Positions 59,636 through 64,000 of a stretch of DNA of 64,000 nucleotides are shown here, piece by piece. The stretch comes from Patescibacteria group bacterium (lineage in GTDB: Bacteria; Patescibacteriota; Microgenomatia; UBA10105; UBA927), in the NCBI GenBank assembly GCA_023379025.1, contig JAMCTH010000009.1, forward strand, positions 133,092-197,091, read 5' to 3'. The notes under the pieces were generated by a model. That model had not been told where the DNA came from and ran no database searches. It was given only the letters and a program-made list of their open reading frames with translations. The position numbers were made by a program, and so were the translations under genes. Within the stretch, counting starts at the first letter, position 1; each line of letters opens with the position of its first letter.

Positions 59636-59666
59636 TCGGCCCGTGGTACAATCAGCTTCGTCGCCG

Positions 59667-60275
59667 ATGGAACTCATTCGACTGCTTATCTATTACCTCT
59701 TCCTCTTTTTTCTTACGGCAGGCTGCGTGCCGCTCGGTATTATTGTCTGGGCGATGATACGCTTCACGGACCGGATGCCGGTACTGTTTTGTCAGAAGCG
59801 CACCGGAAAAAACGGCTCGCCGTTTGTCATGTATAAATTCCGCACGATGAGGGTTGGGGCCGTAAAGGAGCAAAATCGGTTGCAGTCGAGAAATGAAGCG
59901 GATGGGCCGGTATTCAAAATCAGAAATGACCCACGATTCACTCAGATCGGCAGGTTTTTAAGTCACACCGGCCTGGACGAGCTGCCGCAGCTTTATAACG
60001 TCCTGCGCGGTGAGATGGCGCTCATCGGCCCCCGACCGCTCCCGGTTGCTGAGGCGAAAAAACTCAAGCCCTGGATGCGGGAGCGTGAGCGCATCAAACC
60101 CGGTATCATCTCTCCGTGGATCCTCGAAGGGTATCACCGTGAATCCTTTGAGGCATGGATGAAAAGTGATGTCCGCTATGTGAAGCAAAAAGCGTTCCGG
60201 TATGACGCCGCCTTAACTATTCAGGCTCTATTCTTTCTGCTCAGGTTATTTGTTCAGGAACTTGTTGCCAGATAG
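59667..60275 (+). CDS. priming sugar (phosphoglycosyl) transferase
   Basis: YKFRTM, DPRFT.IG, LDELPQL.NVLRGEM..IGPRP. Confidence 0.92.
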   Translation: MELIRLLIYYLFLFFLTAGCVPLGIIVWAMIRFTDRMPVLFCQKRTGKNGSPFVMYKFRTMRVGAVKEQNRLQSRNEADGPVFKIRNDPRFTQIGRFLSHTGLDELPQLYNVLRGEMALIGPRPLPVAEAKKLKPWMRERERIKPGIISPWILEGYHRESFEAWMKSDVRYVKQKAFRYDAALTIQALFFLLRLFVQELVAR

Positions 60276-60337
60276 GTTTCTTATTTTGCAGATCGCCGGA
60301 ATGTGCAGTGTATAGATATTTGCCCTATACTATACGT

Positions 60338-60559
60338 ATGACTGGGGTGTGGGACTACCGGGAAAAAGATCTAAGGAAATCGAAAAAAGGGAGAATACTG
60401 CTTCTCGAGCGGCTTATTAACTATGGCCCGGGGAAAAAGAAGCTGAACCGCCGTGAGATTAAGTCACACTGGCGTGCGCTGCGCCTATTTCCGAAGAAAA
60501 AGCGGCTCTTGGAACTTCTCTTATGGCCAGATCGATACTCACCACAAATCAAGCACTAA
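60338..60559 (+). CDS. small basic protein, putative antitoxin partner (DUF6922-like)
   Basis: VWDY...LERLINYG; TATACT 6 nt upstream; overlaps the AbiEii gene. Confidence 0.65.
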   Translation: MTGVWDYREKDLRKSKKGRILLLERLINYGPGKKKLNRREIKSHWRALRLFPKKKRLLELLLWPDRYSPQIKH

Positions 60560-61179
60560 TCCTTGAACAATTCAAAAAGGATGACGCGCTTTTTCCCTTA
60601 TTTTATTTCTCGGGCGGTACGGCGCTCTCAGAAATGTATTTTCACCATCGTGAAAGTCAGGATCTCGATTTTTTCAGCGACAAACCGTTTAACCCCCAAA
60701 CGCTGATAGCAAGCCTTACTGCGTGGTCAAAACGCCTCAATTTCACGATCACGCCGCAGTTTGTGGACCCCACCTCTATCTATCTCCTGCGTTTTGCTGA
60801 CGGAAACGAAGTAAAAGTAGATTTTGCCCCGTATCCATACCCCTCCTTAGGTGAACGGCAACGATACAAGGAAATGATCGAAGTCGACAGTCTTCTGGAT
60901 ATCGGCGCCAATAAACTCCTGACGCTTACCCAGCGATCTGAGGTAAAGGATTTTGTTGACCTCTATTTCCTCTTTAAGAAGTTTTCGTTGTGGGATCTTA
61001 AGGATGCGGTGAAAGCGAAGTTTCGCGTAGAGCTTGACCCCTTTACCCTTGCTGCCGACTTTACCGGTGTTGAGGTGTTTGCGTTCCTCCCCACTATGCT
61101 TGTCCCTCTGGCTTTGGATGAACTGAAACAGTTTTTTCTGGGTGAGGCAAAGAAATTAGGACAAAAAACGCTTACCTGA
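60523..61179 (+). CDS. AbiEii-family nucleotidyltransferase
   Basis: FSGGTAL, HRESQDLDFF, VKVDF, NKL, R...KDFVDLY. Confidence 0.9.
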   Translation: MARSILTTNQALILEQFKKDDALFPLFYFSGGTALSEMYFHHRESQDLDFFSDKPFNPQTLIASLTAWSKRLNFTITPQFVDPTSIYLLRFADGNEVKVDFAPYPYPSLGERQRYKEMIEVDSLLDIGANKLLTLTQRSEVKDFVDLYFLFKKFSLWDLKDAVKAKFRVELDPFTLAADFTGVEVFAFLPTMLVPLALDELKQFFLGEAKKLGQKTLT

Positions 61180-61240
61180 GGAATACTCGTGGTGAGAAGT
61201 CTTTACGGTTGATTGTCCGCCATTTGGGTACCGGGGGTGG

Positions 61241-61269
61241 TTGCATTCTCCGGAGAACATGTGTACGAT
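61241..61269 (+). promoter_or_regulatory. sigma-70 promoter with palindromic spacer
   Basis: TTGCAT-17 bp-TACGAT; TTCTCCGGAGAA palindrome at 61246-61257. Confidence 0.55.
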
Positions 61270-61339
61270 ATCCTAGAGATACTGCTATGTGCCGAATACG
61301 GAATACATACGGTGTTATTGACGTCTAAACAGGATCACC

Positions 61340-61367
61340 AAAGACCCCGCGGAGGGGTCTTTTTTTT
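61340..61367 (+). terminator. intrinsic terminator
   Basis: AAAGACCCC-GCGGA-GGGGTCTTT followed by a T tract. Confidence 0.88.
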
Positions 61368-61392
61368 GGCAATACACAAAACTATCTTATAG

Positions 61393-61421
61393 TTGACAAC
61401 TATATTTTTTGATGATACTAT
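61393..61421 (+). promoter_or_regulatory. sigma-70 promoter
   Basis: TTGACA-17 bp-TACTAT with extended TG, 9 nt before ATG 61431. Confidence 0.8.
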
Positions 61422-61430
61422 AGGTTATAT

Positions 61431-63575
61431 ATGTTCTTAGAAAGTACTGAACCTGCACCCCAACCGGGCGTAACGCATGTCGATGAGAATGCTTTTTTTC
61501 TCCGGACCGGACCGTTATCCCTCTCCAAAGCGGATCAGCTTGTACAAGCCGCAGATGACGAATTATCTCCCCAGAACCTAACCGCAATATCCGATGATGA
61601 GCGTATGGCGGCGCAGCTTGCCGGCGCGTTCATGGGGATTGCGGAAGATGTATTACCCGATGCCAAGACGATCAAACTCATTGCGGTAGATGATGCGGGA
61701 GCGATGCCAAAAGGGCATTTTATGGTTGGCGCCCGGGAGCGGCAGGCACGGCAGCAGGCTCTGGATTCCGTCGGACTCCATGAAGTGGGGGCTATACGGT
61801 TTACCCCGGATGGTCCTGTACGCACCGTTTTTGCCCAGGTGGTTGAGCAGAAAGCCCAGCGCAGACGGGCGAGGCAAAGAGCGGTTAATCTGGCGATGGA
61901 AGATGCGGTTGCTGATTTTGTGGAAACGGATGATGCAGCTCCCAATGTAGCGTTTATATTTGTTGGGAAAATCAGTTCGCTTCCCGTCCGTTTTAACCGA
62001 TGGTTTGACGCCGCGCTCCTTGCCAAAATCCCGGATCATTGGGTGCATGTCGGCAGGTTGAGGAGAAACGTGGGGAAGGATGCGCGGACGGCAATATCCG
62101 CAGGGCGGTATCTGGTGGAGGTGGCTCCGCTCGTCGGAGTGGCTGCGGCCTGTGCGGCATTCGGCGCACATCCGGATTCCGGCCACCCGGGCATTGTCAC
62201 CATTGGTCCCGATCATCCTACGCCGGTCCTGACGCCCGGCCCCGTCTTGACGCCGGATACGCCGACAGCTGTCGTCCGGACGCCTACCGCGACCCCAACG
62301 GAGGTGGTTACTTTCCTCCCCATTCCGACCTCGGAGCCGAAAGGAGGGGATGTGGCGGTTCCGACCGTGGATGCTGCGTCGCAGCAGGCCCAATACAGGG
62401 AAGCGCGATTGGAACTATCCGGCGCGTTCGGGTTCAAGGATGCCAACGTCACGAGCCAGGCCATAGACGGATCGGGCCGCGCAATCGGCCTGGCCACATT
62501 TACTCCTGAGAGTAAGGTTCCGAACAGATATTTCGTGATGGATAAAACAGGACGTATTCAGTGGCTCGGCGATGCTTATAACGCGTTGGTGTGGAAATTC
62601 ACCCCCGACGGGATTGTGCTCCTCGATCCGAACGGAACCCAGTTCGGAAAGGTAAAGGCGGACGGGACGCCCTCTGTAGATGATTTTGCCATGACGGCGG
62701 GCGGAGGTATACGGTTTATCGATACAAGCCTGCCGGTTGGGCAACAGCAGCAAAGTATTGCAGGAGAATTACCGGTCAAAGTGAGTAACGTGCAGGTAGA
62801 TGAGAAGGGAAACATTCTTGCGGCTCAGATAGCAAATGGATTTAACAAAGATGGAACAATCCATTGGGTTACACTCGATAAAACGAGTCTTGCACAATTG
62901 ACACTCTCCGCCCAGGCACGTCTGGATGCCAAAGTCGTGATTGCGACGGCGACTCCTCCTCCGCCCGAAGTGCCCAAGCCGGTCATCCTCCACACCTACG
63001 GCGGAGACTTCGACTTTTCCAAAATCCCGCCGACATATCCAAATGCATTAGCGATAGAACCGGAATTAGTAAACCTGAAAGAGGGTTCAGGTGTGCTTAA
63101 TTATTATGAAATTGTGTTGCATAGCGGCAAGACAAGCTATGACATTTTTACTACGCCGAATTTTACTCAAATACCAAATGCAGAATTGTTTAAACACACA
63201 GCATTTTTTATTAAAGTCAAAAGTGTTGAACCCAACGTACAAATGAATGGGCAGTATTCAGTGTTCCGCGTCAGATTTGACTGGGTGAAACCTTCAGGGG
63301 AAATGGTTGATGCCAGTGTTTTGCTTCAGACGAGTCAATCGGTAATGAGTAACTTCCCACATTTACGAAAATGGTGCTATTTTGCAGTACCCGATGAAAC
63401 AATTAGTCCAGCCATGATCCGGCCGGGAGACGAGATTGCATACAGTGCTCCGGGATATGATGGCTTTCCGCAGGAGATTGCCGATTCGTTCAATAAAGCA
63501 CAACCAGGAAAACCTGCCGAACAGGGTCTTTTTGGGCTTCCAAATGCCCAGATCCTCCTTAATCCCCAGCCATAA
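61431..63575 (+). CDS. hypothetical surface protein with internal hydrophobic segment and Pro/Thr linker
   Basis: 714-aa ORF with its own promoter and downstream terminator; LVGVAAAC; PT-rich stretch. Confidence 0.8.
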   Translation: MFLESTEPAPQPGVTHVDENAFFLRTGPLSLSKADQLVQAADDELSPQNLTAISDDERMAAQLAGAFMGIAEDVLPDAKTIKLIAVDDAGAMPKGHFMVGARERQARQQALDSVGLHEVGAIRFTPDGPVRTVFAQVVEQKAQRRRARQRAVNLAMEDAVADFVETDDAAPNVAFIFVGKISSLPVRFNRWFDAALLAKIPDHWVHVGRLRRNVGKDARTAISAGRYLVEVAPLVGVAAACAAFGAHPDSGHPGIVTIGPDHPTPVLTPGPVLTPDTPTAVVRTPTATPTEVVTFLPIPTSEPKGGDVAVPTVDAASQQAQYREARLELSGAFGFKDANVTSQAIDGSGRAIGLATFTPESKVPNRYFVMDKTGRIQWLGDAYNALVWKFTPDGIVLLDPNGTQFGKVKADGTPSVDDFAMTAGGGIRFIDTSLPVGQQQQSIAGELPVKVSNVQVDEKGNILAAQIANGFNKDGTIHWVTLDKTSLAQLTLSAQARLDAKVVIATATPPPPEVPKPVILHTYGGDFDFSKIPPTYPNALAIEPELVNLKEGSGVLNYYEIVLHSGKTSYDIFTTPNFTQIPNAELFKHTAFFIKVKSVEPNVQMNGQYSVFRVRFDWVKPSGEMVDASVLLQTSQSVMSNFPHLRKWCYFAVPDETISPAMIRPGDEIAYSAPGYDGFPQEIADSFNKAQPGKPAEQGLFGLPNAQILLNPQP

Positions 63576-63633
63576 TGAGAGAGATGTATGAAAGCTTACG
63601 CTGGATTTATTGATACGGACATACCGGCGTTTT

Positions 63634-63659
63634 GACCCCCGACGAGGGGGTCTTTTTTT
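63634..63659 (+). terminator. intrinsic terminator
   Basis: GACCCCC-GACGA-GGGGGTC followed by T7. Confidence 0.88.
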
Positions 63660-63850
63660 GACCTTTTGCACGTTTCAAGTAGCCCTATCTAGAAAGAGAG
63701 GTGCCGGGGCAACCAAGCCACCCCCACAGGCCAGGTACGGTTAGCCCGTACACCGGAAGCGTTTCGCTGTTGCCATAAGCGGTAACCCGCGGGATGAATT
63801 ACGGTTGAAATTGGGGGTAAAACCCACTAAGAAACACTAGAGGTTTTCCG

Positions 63851-64000
63851 ATGTTTGATCCAGGACCGGCAGATGCCGATTTCGGCTTTGGCGTTGAGGA
63901 TGGCGATAACCGAATCGACATCTACTACGGGTATCACGGTTATCCGGGACATGGGCATATGGTCCTTGGCGACTGCGATGATGATGGCGAACTGGAAACG
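63851..64000 (+). CDS. hypothetical protein, 3'-partial
   Basis: GAGGT upstream; MFDPGPADADFGFG... open to the window end. Confidence 0.5.
   Translation, partial: MFDPGPADADFGFGVEDGDNRIDIYYGYHGYPGHGHMVLGDCDDDGELET

Noticed and set aside
59508-59666. N-terminal extension of the sugar transferase
   Set aside because: The region is occupied by the 46-aa SxtK-like ORF in another frame
63685-63715. SAM-I riboswitch (ATC..GAGAGG..GGCAACC fragments)
   Set aside because: Motif order and P1/P2 pairing do not fit

Overview
Chromosomal origin region of a small-genome bacterium. Gene content and order point to Patescibacteria/CPR, probably Microgenomates (inference). From left to right: (1) an acyl-activation/ACP/acyltransferase fusion, thiN, comF, and smpB with an unannotated tmRNA whose tag frame is 35 codons; (2) eight VirB2/TrbC-like pilins in two blocks, split by an isoprenoid operon (prenyl synthase, ECF sigma, NUDIX, archaeal-type IPK, degenerate MVK, IDI, UppS); (3) a relaxase-less T4SS-like locus (VirB6, VirD4, PrgI, VirB4, M23) containing a 1230-aa orphan, nadD and a truncated nadE; (4) dnaN-oriC-dnaA; (5) a ~23-kb surface-glycan locus with Thr-type alkaline-phosphatase-superfamily enzymes, two O-antigen-ligase-like proteins, Wzm/Wzt, a decarboxylase/ATP-grasp cassette and an SxtJ/I/K-like carbamoylation module; (6) an AbiEii-type pair, a short stand-alone transcript and a possible structured leader. 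Many genes appear leaderless. All family calls come from motif recognition by eye; no searches were run.
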